From Geobacter metallireducens GS-15 (lineage in GTDB: Bacteria > Desulfobacterota > Desulfuromonadia > Geobacterales > Geobacteraceae), in NCBI RefSeq assembly GCF_000012925.1, contig NC_007517.1:3780001-3812000 (forward strand): DNA of 32,000 nt, given 5' to 3'. The notes under the pieces are model-generated. The model had not been told where the DNA came from. It ran no database searches and saw only the letters and a program-made list of their open reading frames with translations. Position 1 is the first letter of the stretch; every line of letters starts with the position of its first letter. This document shows positions 9,328 to 17,127 of the stretch, piece after piece. Made by a program: the position numbers and the translations under genes.

Positions 9328-10166
9328 CCCTCAGCCGTCCCCTCCGCTGGGGTGCCGCCATCGTGGCAGGCATCCTCATGACCGTCGCCTTCACGGTGAT
9401 CCTCATCCCCTCCCGTGAGCTGGAAGGGATCGTGTCTCGGCTTCTGGCGCGGGAGGGGTACACCTTCCACGCCGACCGCTTCGGCAAGGCTTTCCCCCTG
9501 GGGATCTCGGCCAAAGGTGTCACCATTGCCACCGATGAGGGGCCGGTCCTGCGCTTCGATCGGGTCGCGGCGCGGCTCGCCCTCCTCCCCCTCCTGACCG
9601 GAAAAGCGGTCGTCACCATGGACGCCACCGTGGGGCCAGGCCGTGTGAGCGGTTCCTACCGTCCTTCCAATGGCGGAAAGGGAACCCTGGAAGCGCGGGA
9701 TGTCCGGCTGGAGGATATCCCCTTCTTCAAGACTGTTGCCGGCGCCGAGGTGAAGGGGCTCCTGACGGTGGATGCATCCTTCACGGGGGCGGGGCCCCGG
9801 ACCGCCGGGCAACTCCGCCTGGAGGTCAAGGGGGCTGATATCCGCGGGGTGGCCATCGGCGGCACCCCTCTTCCCGATGCCGCCTACGACACGGTCCGGG
9901 GAATGGTCCGCGTGGCTTCGGGTCGGGCCACCCTCGACAGCTTCACCCTCCAGGGGGCGGACCTCTATATCCGCCTCAAAGGAGATAGTCCCCTCGCCAC
10001 CCCTCTCGGCGCGTCTCCCCTCAACCTGACCCTGGAGTTGATGCCTCAGCCGGCCTTTCTCGACCGCCAGAAGCTGGTCTTCGTTCTCCTCTCCAAGTAC
10101 CTTGTAACCCCCGGCCACTACCAGCTGCCGGTGCGGGGGGCACTGGCGAAACCACTCCTCCTGTAG
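9324..10166 (+). CDS. gspN: GspN-like protein
   Basis: 280 aa with an N-terminal TM (WGAAIVAGILMTVAFTVILI) and a beta-rich periplasmic part. It is the last coupled gene of the gsp array. Confidence 0.6.
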   Translation: MTLSRPLRWGAAIVAGILMTVAFTVILIPSRELEGIVSRLLAREGYTFHADRFGKAFPLGISAKGVTIATDEGPVLRFDRVAARLALLPLLTGKAVVTMDATVGPGRVSGSYRPSNGGKGTLEARDVRLEDIPFFKTVAGAEVKGLLTVDASFTGAGPRTAGQLRLEVKGADIRGVAIGGTPLPDAAYDTVRGMVRVASGRATLDSFTLQGADLYIRLKGDSPLATPLGASPLNLTLELMPQPAFLDRQKLVFVLLSKYLVTPGHYQLPVRGALAKPLLL

Positions 10167-10193
10167 CCACCCGATAAGACAGAGAGACGGGGG

Positions 10194-10616
10194 TTACTCT
10201 GTTACCTCCACCGTCTTCAGTCGCGGGATGAGCACCGGGTCCAGTTCCCCCATTTTCTCCTTGCCGAGCCGTTCCAGTGCAGAGATCACTCGGTCAGCTT
10301 GGGCGATGAACCCTGCCACATCAACCCACAGGCAGACCTCCGGCACACGGAGCAAATAGCCTCTGCCGCCGGCCAAGAGGCTCAGTGACCCGCCAAGGTT
10401 GCCGTTTCGCCAGTGATGAAGCGCGATGGCAATCTGGATGATCCCCTGGTAAAAATTCCGCACGTCTCCCCTTTCCTTGAGCCAGAGGGCTTCTAGAGTC
10501 TCATGGCACTCAAACCACTCCTCCCTGTTGAACTGGCGGATGCCCAGCAGCAATTGTCCCGACGGCGAGCCTTCACAGGCACGGCTGGTTTCTGGCATCT
10601 TTTCCATGGATATCAT
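10194..10616 (-). CDS. DUF309-domain protein
   Basis: Contains the motif FNREEWFECHETLEALW...FYQGIIQIAIALHHWRNGNLGG, characteristic of DUF309. The ORF-track start at 10634 is a GTG inside a hairpin. ATG 10616 or 10607 is more likely, so the start is uncertain. Confidence 0.7.
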   Translation of the reverse strand: MISMEKMPETSRACEGSPSGQLLLGIRQFNREEWFECHETLEALWLKERGDVRNFYQGIIQIAIALHHWRNGNLGGSLSLLAGGRGYLLRVPEVCLWVDVAGFIAQADRVISALERLGKEKMGELDPVLIPRLKTVEVTE

Positions 10617-10635
10617 TGCCTCATCAGGTCGCACC

Positions 10636-10678
10636 GAGAGGGGATGACTGCTTCAGGGACAAGCAGCCATCCCCTCTC
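10636..10678. repeat. Strong inverted repeat (18-bp stem with 1 mismatch, 7-nt loop) between two co-directional minus-strand genes
   Basis: GAGAGGGGATGACTGCTT-cagggac-AAGCAGCCATCCCCTCTC. It lies 26 nt downstream of the stop of the 10704-11363 gene and just upstream of the DUF309 start. No U-tract follows it on the minus strand. Confidence 0.8.
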
Positions 10679-10703
10679 TTCTATTAACCCGGCCATCTCC
10701 CCG

Positions 10704-11363
10704 TTATCGGATCATTTTCGGGAACTGCTTCGCGAGTCCGCCGGCCAAGGCATCGGCAATGACGTACATGTGGTCTTTCATGTCATCCCAGACCTTGGCT
10801 TCTTGTGCGAAGTCCTTCCCGGCCAGAGCGTCAAGCTGCGCCATGTGGTGGCCGCCGTGGGCGTACAGGAGCGTCTTGAGCGTCTCCCTAGGAAGATACG
10901 GGTTTGCTCCGCTCAGGAAGGCCGCGATTTCATCGGCATTCTTGACCAGCTTGTCCTTTGCCGCCTCCTTGCCCGCCTTGTCGCCCGCATAGGACGCTGT
11001 CATATACGCTTTTACCGCGCCGTAGTGCCCCGCCAGCAGGCCGAACAGCTTGTCGGACGCCGGCTTGCCGTAAAACGGCTCGATGGAGGCTGCAATGGCC
11101 TTCGCATTTTCAACGACCTTTCCTTCGGCTATTGCCGCAGCCGTACTGTCCCCATATTTTGTCGTCAATGCGACGTTCCTCACCCAGAACACATGGCCGA
11201 TCCACAGGTCTCGCAACCCCGCCTGCAAATCAGCCCGCGCCGTCACCGTTGTTGCTCCCTTATCCCTAACGGCATGGGAATGCTCGGCAGCATACGCCGT
11301 TGTTCCCATCGGAGCCAAGGCTGTCACAGCCATGGCCAGCAAAATCAATAGTATCTTTTTCAT
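10704..11363 (-). CDS. Secreted helical protein of unknown function with an internal duplication and conserved His residues
   Basis: Signal peptide MKKILLILLAMAVTALAPMGTTAYA|AE, with SD AGGAGG 8 nt before the ATG. Two related halves are visible: KVVENAKAIAASI...LFGLLAGHYGAV versus KLVKNADEIAAFL...LKTLLYAHGGHH. Confidence 0.8.
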   Translation of the reverse strand: MKKILLILLAMAVTALAPMGTTAYAAEHSHAVRDKGATTVTARADLQAGLRDLWIGHVFWVRNVALTTKYGDSTAAAIAEGKVVENAKAIAASIEPFYGKPASDKLFGLLAGHYGAVKAYMTASYAGDKAGKEAAKDKLVKNADEIAAFLSGANPYLPRETLKTLLYAHGGHHMAQLDALAGKDFAQEAKVWDDMKDHMYVIADALAGGLAKQFPKMIR

Positions 11364-11403
11364 GGCTTACTACCTCCTTTGTGCCCTACCTACCTTTGAC
11401 ATC

Positions 11404-11409
11404 ATTATA
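11404..11409 (-). promoter_or_regulatory. Candidate -10 box (perfect TATAAT) for the 10704-11363 gene
   Basis: The minus strand reads ...gaaagagTATAATgatgtc..., about 40 nt upstream of the ATG. No good -35 box is present. Confidence 0.3.
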
Positions 11410-11511
11410 CTCTTTCTTCTGAAATCGGAACATGCAAAATACTGAATATATCGACATCTTCTCCCCCCCAACTTACCATCATCCCCCACACCGATTAGTC
11501 CAGTGGATACC

Positions 11512-11539
11512 TTGACAACCGTCATGGAGCTGATAACAG
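11512..11539 (+). promoter_or_regulatory. Candidate sigma70 promoter for the ADP-ribosylglycohydrolase gene
   Basis: TTGACA-N16-TAACAG with a TG at the extended -10 position, about 65 nt upstream of ATG 11603. Confidence 0.3.
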
Positions 11540-11602
11540 ATACCGAAGAGGCCATTCGCCGGAGATCGAACGGTGCGTGCCAAACAATGGGGAGGTACGA
11601 CA

Positions 11603-12619
11603 ATGGAACAACGAGACAGAGAGGGGGCGGCAAAACACCGGGAGACCAAAGGCGTACCGACTGTCGCCGACCGGTTTCGGGGGGCGGTCTGGGGACAGTT
11701 CGTGGGGGACGCGGCCTGCCTCGGAAGCCACTGGATCTACGAGCTGGCGGAATTGGAACGACGGTTTCAGGGGGGAGTAGTCGGGTTCGAGACGCCGGCA
11801 GACGGCCATTACCACACGGGCAAACACTCCGGCGAACTTACCCACTACGGTGACGGAGCCCTGGTAATGCTGCGGTCTGTGGCTGAAAGGGGACATTTCG
11901 ATCCCCAGGATTTCGGCCGCCGCTTCGTGGAACTGTTTGGTTCCGATTCGTACCGGGGGTACCTCGACCACGCCACCAGGGATACCCTTACCCACTGGCG
12001 GGCATTCACCGAAACGCACCCCGGCGACCCCTATAATTTCCAGGACGGGGCCGATGACGACCAGCCGGCCACCGCCACACGGCTAGTCCCGGTGGTGATC
12101 GCCCATTGGCGTGACGCATCACTCCTCCGGGTGGTGGAAACCGCTACGCGCGTCTGCCAGAATAACGACGGGGCAGTGGACTACTTGAAGTGCCACGCTC
12201 TGATCCTGCGGGAGCTTTTCAACGGAACCGACCTGCACGAGGCTTTTCACCGGGCCGCGACGGAAATGGAGCGTGGATCCGGCTTCGGCCCGGAGGTGGC
12301 TGACGGCATCCGGAAAGCCTGTGCATCACTCACCCTGAGCGTACGGGATGCAACCCTCGCCTTTGGCCAGTCATGTCCCCTCTCTTCCAGTTTCCCGGCA
12401 GCGGTGCACTGTGCGTTGCGGCATTCGGTCGATTTCGCCGCCGCCGTTCTCGATACGGCCAATGCCGGAGGTGACAGCGCGGGACGGGCGGCGTTGATCG
12501 GGTCATGGCTCGGGGCGTTCCACGGCATTGCAGGGATATCGGCGGCGTGGCGCCACCGCCTTGCCGCCCGTTATGAAATTGAGAGGCACCTCGAAGAACT
12601 CGTGCAAAAGGCCCAATGA
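11603..12619 (+). CDS. ADP-ribosylglycohydrolase-family protein (atypical metal-site motif)
   Basis: N-terminal RFRGAVWGQFVGDAACLGSHWIY and C-terminal NAGGDSAGRAALIGSWLGAFHGIAGISAAW match the family architecture. Start ATG 11603 has SD GGGGAGG 8 nt upstream; the ORF-track start at 11573 has none. Confidence 0.82.
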   Translation: MEQRDREGAAKHRETKGVPTVADRFRGAVWGQFVGDAACLGSHWIYELAELERRFQGGVVGFETPADGHYHTGKHSGELTHYGDGALVMLRSVAERGHFDPQDFGRRFVELFGSDSYRGYLDHATRDTLTHWRAFTETHPGDPYNFQDGADDDQPATATRLVPVVIAHWRDASLLRVVETATRVCQNNDGAVDYLKCHALILRELFNGTDLHEAFHRAATEMERGSGFGPEVADGIRKACASLTLSVRDATLAFGQSCPLSSSFPAAVHCALRHSVDFAAAVLDTANAGGDSAGRAALIGSWLGAFHGIAGISAAWRHRLAARYEIERHLEELVQKAQ

Positions 12620-12745
12620 CAGGGCGATCCGCGACGCCGCCGGCGCACGCCATGACATACCGGAATTATTGCGTCGAGAAATCAGTTTACAACTGTAATT
12701 TCACTCAGGTAAGCTGGAATCATCTTATCCTTCGAAAGCACGATA

Positions 12746-13489
12746 ATGCCCGTTACCGATTGGACGCCGCACCGGCGACTCCCCGTAGCATACGGATTCT
12801 TATTCCTCCTGGCCCTCCTGATCCTCACCACCCTCGGTTGTGCCACGGCACCGAAGCCCCGGGAACCCTTCATCCCCGGCGCCACGGTTGAGACCCTGGC
12901 GTCGGGAATCTCCCTTTCAGTCACAAGCCTCGAGGGGAGCACCGGCGGTACCGGTTACCTCCTCTACCGGCGTCCCGACAGCTTCCACGTGGTCATGCTC
13001 ACCCCCTTCGGCACAACGGCCCTGGAGTTCTTTGCCAGGGACGACCGGGTAACGGTCCTTGTCCCTTCCAAGGGGATAGCCTACGTAGGCTCCTTCGGGG
13101 ACCTTCCGGCAAAGGGAGGGCTTCAGGGATGGCGGATGATGCGGTGGGTGGTGGAAGGGGATCCTCTCTTCGCCCCCGGCACCACTGGAACCGTCGAACG
13201 AACCGATGCGGAGGGGCGCACGACCGTTGCCCGCTACGATGGAGAAGGGCTCCTGCAAGGCAAGACATCGGGAGGGAGTGAGGCGGTCTACCGCGACTAC
13301 CAGTCAGTGGGGGGGGTGCCGTTTCCCGCGACCATTGAGCTCACTGATCGCCAGGGGGTTCAGGTGAAAATATCCTTCGATGAACCGGAGGTAAACGCTC
13401 CGGTGGACGACGGAGCGCTCACCCCGAAGCTGGAGGGTGTGACTATTCTGCCGCTGGCACGCCTGGCAGAGGCGTATAGCTCCCGGTAA
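12746..13489 (+). CDS. Lipoprotein, LolB/DUF4292-like (function putative)
   Basis: Signal peptide with lipobox LILTTLG|C. The mature part is beta-rich (GYLLYRRPDSFHVVMLTPFGTTALEFFARDDRVTVLVP), reminiscent of LolA/LolB-fold lipoproteins. Confidence 0.7.
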   Translation: MPVTDWTPHRRLPVAYGFLFLLALLILTTLGCATAPKPREPFIPGATVETLASGISLSVTSLEGSTGGTGYLLYRRPDSFHVVMLTPFGTTALEFFARDDRVTVLVPSKGIAYVGSFGDLPAKGGLQGWRMMRWVVEGDPLFAPGTTGTVERTDAEGRTTVARYDGEGLLQGKTSGGSEAVYRDYQSVGGVPFPATIELTDRQGVQVKISFDEPEVNAPVDDGALTPKLEGVTILPLARLAEAYSSR

Positions 13490-13514
13490 CCGGGTGAGGG
13501 AGATTTAAAACGAG

Positions 13515-13543
13515 AAAAGGGTCGGCATGGTGCCGACCCTTTT
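13515..13543. terminator. Bidirectional rho-independent terminator between convergent genes
   Basis: AAAAGGGTCGGCA-tgg-TGCCGACCCTTTT: a 9-bp GC-rich stem flanked by A4 and T4. Confidence 0.85.
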
Positions 13544-13568
13544 CTACTGTTCGCCCAAATGTTGTTTT

Positions 13569-14021
13569 TCAGGATACTGCTTCGTCGAGGGTGATAATCC
13601 GAACTACCGTTGTTCCCCTGCCGAGGAAGCCGAGTTTCCTGGCCGCGGCCCGGGAAAGGTCAATGAAATGCGACACTTTCTTCCGGCAGCGATCGGTTAT
13701 GGTGACCGTCACCTCCCGGTTGTTGGCCACGTTAACTACCTTGACCTTGGTTCCGAGAGGGAGGGTGGGGTGCGCGGCGGTCAGCTCCTGCGGATTGTAC
13801 CGCTTCCCCGATGTCATTCTTCTTCCGTTATACCGCTTTGCATAGTATGAGGCGGTCCCTATGACCCCCTCATCCGCTTTCGTGGTCGCTGATGCGACCC
13901 CCTCCGTTGTTGCCTTTGCTGCAATTTCATCTGCTTGCAAGGACAGTGTCTGGATCTGGAAGAACGCCTGGCAAAGAATAATCAGGGTGGCCAGACGCCC
14001 CTTCCGGTAAACAGATACCAA
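13569..14021 (-). CDS. rlpA: RlpA-like double-psi beta-barrel (DPBB) protein, no SPOR domain
   Basis: GTASYYAKRYNGRRMTSGKRYNPQELTAAHPTLPLGTKVKVVNVANNREVTVTITDR...IDLSRAAARKLG matches the RlpA DPBB domain. TTG start at 14021 has SD AGGAGG 6 nt upstream. A hydrophobic N-terminal anchor is present. Confidence 0.87.
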   Translation of the reverse strand: MVSVYRKGRLATLIILCQAFFQIQTLSLQADEIAAKATTEGVASATTKADEGVIGTASYYAKRYNGRRMTSGKRYNPQELTAAHPTLPLGTKVKVVNVANNREVTVTITDRCRKKVSHFIDLSRAAARKLGFLGRGTTVVRIITLDEAVS

Positions 14022-14048
14022 TAGGCACCTCCTTCTGGGCGAGGCGCT

Positions 14049-14078
14049 TTAATAGCACAGACGGGGAAGTCAGGTCAA
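14049..14078 (-). promoter_or_regulatory. Candidate sigma70 promoter for the rlpA-like gene
   Basis: The minus strand reads TTGACC-N18-TATTAA with a TG at the extended -10 position, about 30 nt upstream of the SD. Confidence 0.35.
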
Positions 14079-14127
14079 GAAAAAAGAGTGCCATCCAGAG
14101 GCAATATGCAGATATTTCAATAAGTTA

Positions 14128-14973
14128 TCAGACTTCGAAAAGAGGTGCCGTGGAACGGGGAATGACCCCTGAAGCCTCAGCCCTTTGGAGGAGCGTGGCC
14201 ACGGCCCCCTCCCCTTCGGGACCGAGCTGGAGGGAAAAATCATTCACATAGAGATCGATGTGGGCAGCGCAGACCTCATCGCTCATCTCCTGGGAGTGGG
14301 CCCGGATGTAACCGGCAGCAGCGCCGGGATTGGTCCGGGCATGGACCACGCTCGCCCGAAGCGCCCTGTCGATGGCGGCAACGGCCTCCCGGCCGAGGGA
14401 GCGGCGGGCCACGATCCCTCCCAGGGGTATGGGGCAGCCGGTTTCCCCCTCCCACCACTCTCCCAGGTCGAGGAGCTTCGAGAGACCGTACTCCGGAAAG
14501 GTGAAGCGGGATTCGTGGATGATGACCCCGGCGGCCACCTCGCCCCTGGCCACGGCCCCCATGATCTCGTGGAACGGGAGATAGACGAGGTTATCGAGGG
14601 ATGGGTCGAAGAGACGCAGCAGGAGCACGGCGGTGGTGTAGCGCCCGGGGACGGCGACGGGCTTGCCGCGCAGCTCTGCCATGGACGCTGCCCCCCGTGT
14701 CACGACCAGGGGTCCGCACCCCCGCCCCAGAGCCCCCCCTGACCGCAGGAGTACGTACTCGTCCCGGAGAAATCCGAGGGCATGGTAGGAGACCTTGCTC
14801 ACATCCAGGGCCCCTTCCAGGGCGAGGCGGTTCAGTGTCTCCACGTCCTCGAGCCGCTCCCGGAAGGTGAGCCCCCCCGTGTCGACCAGGCCGTGGACCA
14901 GGGCGTGAAAGATGTAGGTGTCGTTGGGGCAGGGTGAAAAACCGAGGGTAAGGGGAACGGTGTCAGTCGTCAT
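14128..14973 (-). CDS. mqnD: 1,4-dihydroxy-6-naphthoate synthase MqnD (futalosine pathway)
   Basis: Starts MTTDTVPLTLGFSPCPNDTYIFHALVHG, containing the MqnD hallmark SPCPNDT. It is 281 aa. The 127-codon upstream extension in the ORF track overlaps mqnB and has no support. Confidence 0.88.
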   Translation of the reverse strand: MTTDTVPLTLGFSPCPNDTYIFHALVHGLVDTGGLTFRERLEDVETLNRLALEGALDVSKVSYHALGFLRDEYVLLRSGGALGRGCGPLVVTRGAASMAELRGKPVAVPGRYTTAVLLLRLFDPSLDNLVYLPFHEIMGAVARGEVAAGVIIHESRFTFPEYGLSKLLDLGEWWEGETGCPIPLGGIVARRSLGREAVAAIDRALRASVVHARTNPGAAAGYIRAHSQEMSDEVCAAHIDLYVNDFSLQLGPEGEGAVATLLQRAEASGVIPRSTAPLFEV

Positions 14974-15694
14974 TGCAGGTTTCCAGGAATTTGAGTATGA
15001 AGCGTTGGGCCCTCTCCACCGCCAGGGGAATGTTCCAGCCGGAGAGATCCCGGTCTTCCACCATGTTGCTGATGCCACGGAGCTCCAGGCAGTCGATCCC
15101 GTACCTGAGCGCCAGGTGGGCCGCCACGGCTCCTTCCATGTTCTCGCAGATGGCGTTGAAGCGGCGGGCCAGCGCGTTCCCCCGGGCGGTGGTGCCACTA
15201 CAGGTGGATACGGTGACAAACCTTCCGCGCCGCACCGGCACCCCCAGCGCGGCGCCAAGCTGCACGGCCCGCTCCGCCGGCAAAAGAGCCAGGGGGAACT
15301 CGTTGAAAAAACGGCGTCCTCCCCGTTCCAGCTGCGGAATGCCGATGATCTCAAGGGATTCCCAACCGGACGGCGTCAGGATCCCCTCGTCGCCATAGAC
15401 CTCAGTCGAGGCCACGGCCAGGTCTCCCACCGCCAGGCCGCCCCCCCCGTAGGCTCCGGCACAGCCGGTATCGATGAGGAGCCGTGGAGTGTACCGCTCC
15501 AGAAGCGCGGTGAGCGCCGATGCGGTATTCGCCTTGCCGATCCCCGTCACGGCCAGAAGCACCGTGGTGCCGCCGACCTTCCCCCGGTAGGTATCGCTAA
15601 AACCTTTTTTTCTCCTGACCTCCCGGGCACCGATGCTCCGGACGAGGAGGGAAAGCTCCAGACTGGTTGCCGCGGCAATGATAATGGAATCCAT
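14963..15694 (-). CDS. mqnB: Futalosine hydrolase MqnB (purine nucleoside phosphorylase / MTA-SAH nucleosidase fold)
   Basis: MDSIIIAAATSLE...LLAVTGIGKANTASALTALL...ENMEGAAVA-type motifs (ICENMEGAVAAHLA). ATG 15694 lies 16 nt after the kinase stop. Its 3' end overlaps the mqnD start by 11 nt. Confidence 0.8.
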   Translation of the reverse strand: MDSIIIAAATSLELSLLVRSIGAREVRRKKGFSDTYRGKVGGTTVLLAVTGIGKANTASALTALLERYTPRLLIDTGCAGAYGGGGLAVGDLAVASTEVYGDEGILTPSGWESLEIIGIPQLERGGRRFFNEFPLALLPAERAVQLGAALGVPVRRGRFVTVSTCSGTTARGNALARRFNAICENMEGAVAAHLALRYGIDCLELRGISNMVEDRDLSGWNIPLAVERAQRFILKFLETCNDD

Positions 15695-15710
15695 GGGGGA
15701 GTGCGCTCCG

Positions 15711-17123
15711 TCAGACCGTACCCTGAAGGGGGAGATACACCGTAAAGACGCTCCCCTTCCCCACCTCACTCACCACGTCGATCTTTCCGCCATGGGCCTC
15801 CGTGATAGTGCGAACCAGAGAGAGACCGAGACCACAGCCACCGTCGGCCCGGTTACGGGCCTTGTCGACCCGGTAGAATCGCTCGAAGATGTGGGGGAGG
15901 TCATCGGCCGGGATGCCGACGCCGCTGTCGATGACGGTCACCCGGGCAAATCCGCCGCTGGCGTCGAGGACCACCGACACCTCTCCGCCGGCAGGGGTAT
16001 AGGTGACGGCGTTGTCGAGGAGGTTCATGAATACCTGACGCAGCCGGAGCCAGTCCCCCGTGACAGTGACCGGCGTCACGGCCGAGAAGGCAATCTTGAG
16101 TCCCTTTTCCGGGTCAATGAGGCGGGACTGCTGGACCAGCTCTCCCAGGAGGTCCTCCAGTTCAATGGGGACACGCTCCAGCTTGAGCCCTCCCTCTTCG
16201 GCACGGGATAGCTCCAGGAGCGCCTCGATGATCTTCGACATCCGGTTGATCTCTTCCAGGTTGCTCCGGAAAAGCTCCCGGAACTCCTCCGGCTCCCGAG
16301 CCCAGCGCAGCCCCACCTCGGTCTCTCCCCGGAGGATGGTGAGGGGGGTCCGAAGCTCGTGGGAGACGTCGCCGGTGAACTGCTTCACCCGCCGGAAGGC
16401 GTCCTCAAGGCGCTCAAGGGTGTCGTTGAAGGTTATCGCGAGACGCCCGATTTCGTCTTGGGGATTGACCACTTCAAGCCGCAGCCCCAGGTTTTCGGCC
16501 GTGATCTTCTGGGCGCTGCGGGTGATGAAATCGACCGGTTTCAGCGCCCGTCCCGCCAGGAACCATCCCCCGACGCTCCAGAGGATAAGCGCCAAGGGAA
16601 TGGAAACGGCAAAGACGACGAGAACCTTGTCGAGGGTTTCGGCAGCGGCCCGCATGGAGGTGCCGACCTGGACGATCTGCAGTAGCCTGCCGTTATCCAT
16701 GATCGGATAGGTAATGGTGCGGACCGGATAGAGATCGAGGCTGACCTTGGTTTCGTAGGTCACCTTACCGGCCCACGCCCGGCGGGAAGCTCCCTTGCCA
16801 AGGGGAGTCCGGAGCCCCTCGGCCCCCTTGGACGACGCAGTGATCCGCCCACCCCCGTCGAGGACCTGGACGAACTTACCGGTCAGACGGGTGCCGATGA
16901 AGTCCTCCAGAACCTGATCGAAGACCGACGGGCCCGCACGCCGGAAGGGCTCCAGCGTCGGGCTCGCCACGGCCTCGGCAACGGTCAGAAGTTCCCGGTC
17001 GATCTCCTTGGTGAGCTGGTTCTGAAGGATAAGGTAGATGAACGAGCTGAACAGAACGAGGATGACCGCCAGGGTGACCGCATACCAGAGGGTAAGGGAA
17101 AAGCGGATCGACCGGAAGAACAA
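15711..17123 (-). CDS. Sensor histidine kinase (2 TM, periplasmic loop, HAMP, HisKA, HATPase_c)
   Basis: H-box FTGDVSHELRTPLT, N-box NLLDNAVTYTP, G-boxes DSGVGIP and GGCGLGLSLV. TTG start has SD GGAG 7 nt upstream. It begins 4 nt downstream of the response regulator stop. Confidence 0.9.
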   Translation of the reverse strand: MFFRSIRFSLTLWYAVTLAVILVLFSSFIYLILQNQLTKEIDRELLTVAEAVASPTLEPFRRAGPSVFDQVLEDFIGTRLTGKFVQVLDGGGRITASSKGAEGLRTPLGKGASRRAWAGKVTYETKVSLDLYPVRTITYPIMDNGRLLQIVQVGTSMRAAAETLDKVLVVFAVSIPLALILWSVGGWFLAGRALKPVDFITRSAQKITAENLGLRLEVVNPQDEIGRLAITFNDTLERLEDAFRRVKQFTGDVSHELRTPLTILRGETEVGLRWAREPEEFRELFRSNLEEINRMSKIIEALLELSRAEEGGLKLERVPIELEDLLGELVQQSRLIDPEKGLKIAFSAVTPVTVTGDWLRLRQVFMNLLDNAVTYTPAGGEVSVVLDASGGFARVTVIDSGVGIPADDLPHIFERFYRVDKARNRADGGCGLGLSLVRTITEAHGGKIDVVSEVGKGSVFTVYLPLQGTV

Positions 17124-17127
17124 CGGG

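Noticed and set aside
8898-10118. 406-aa minus-strand ORF spanning gspM-gspN.
   Set aside because: Its composition is low complexity (R/G/P/E rich), it has no start context, and it is antisense to translationally coupled gsp genes. It is a shadow ORF.
10636-10678. Hairpin interpreted as a canonical rho-independent terminator.
   Set aside because: No U-tract follows it on the transcribed minus strand. It is kept only as an inverted repeat of uncertain role.
11410-11602. Possible riboswitch or leader RNA (e.g. a GEMM-type cyclic-dinucleotide element) in the 240-bp divergent region upstream of the ARH gene. Other intergenic regions were checked as well.
   Set aside because: I could not find conserved riboswitch cores or convincing nested helices by eye. 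The region is better explained by two divergent promoters.
14974-15354. 127-codon 5' extension of the mqnD ORF in the ORF track.
   Set aside because: It overlaps the mqnB coding region in another frame. The MqnD similarity begins at MTTDTVPLTLGFSPCPNDT (ATG 14973).
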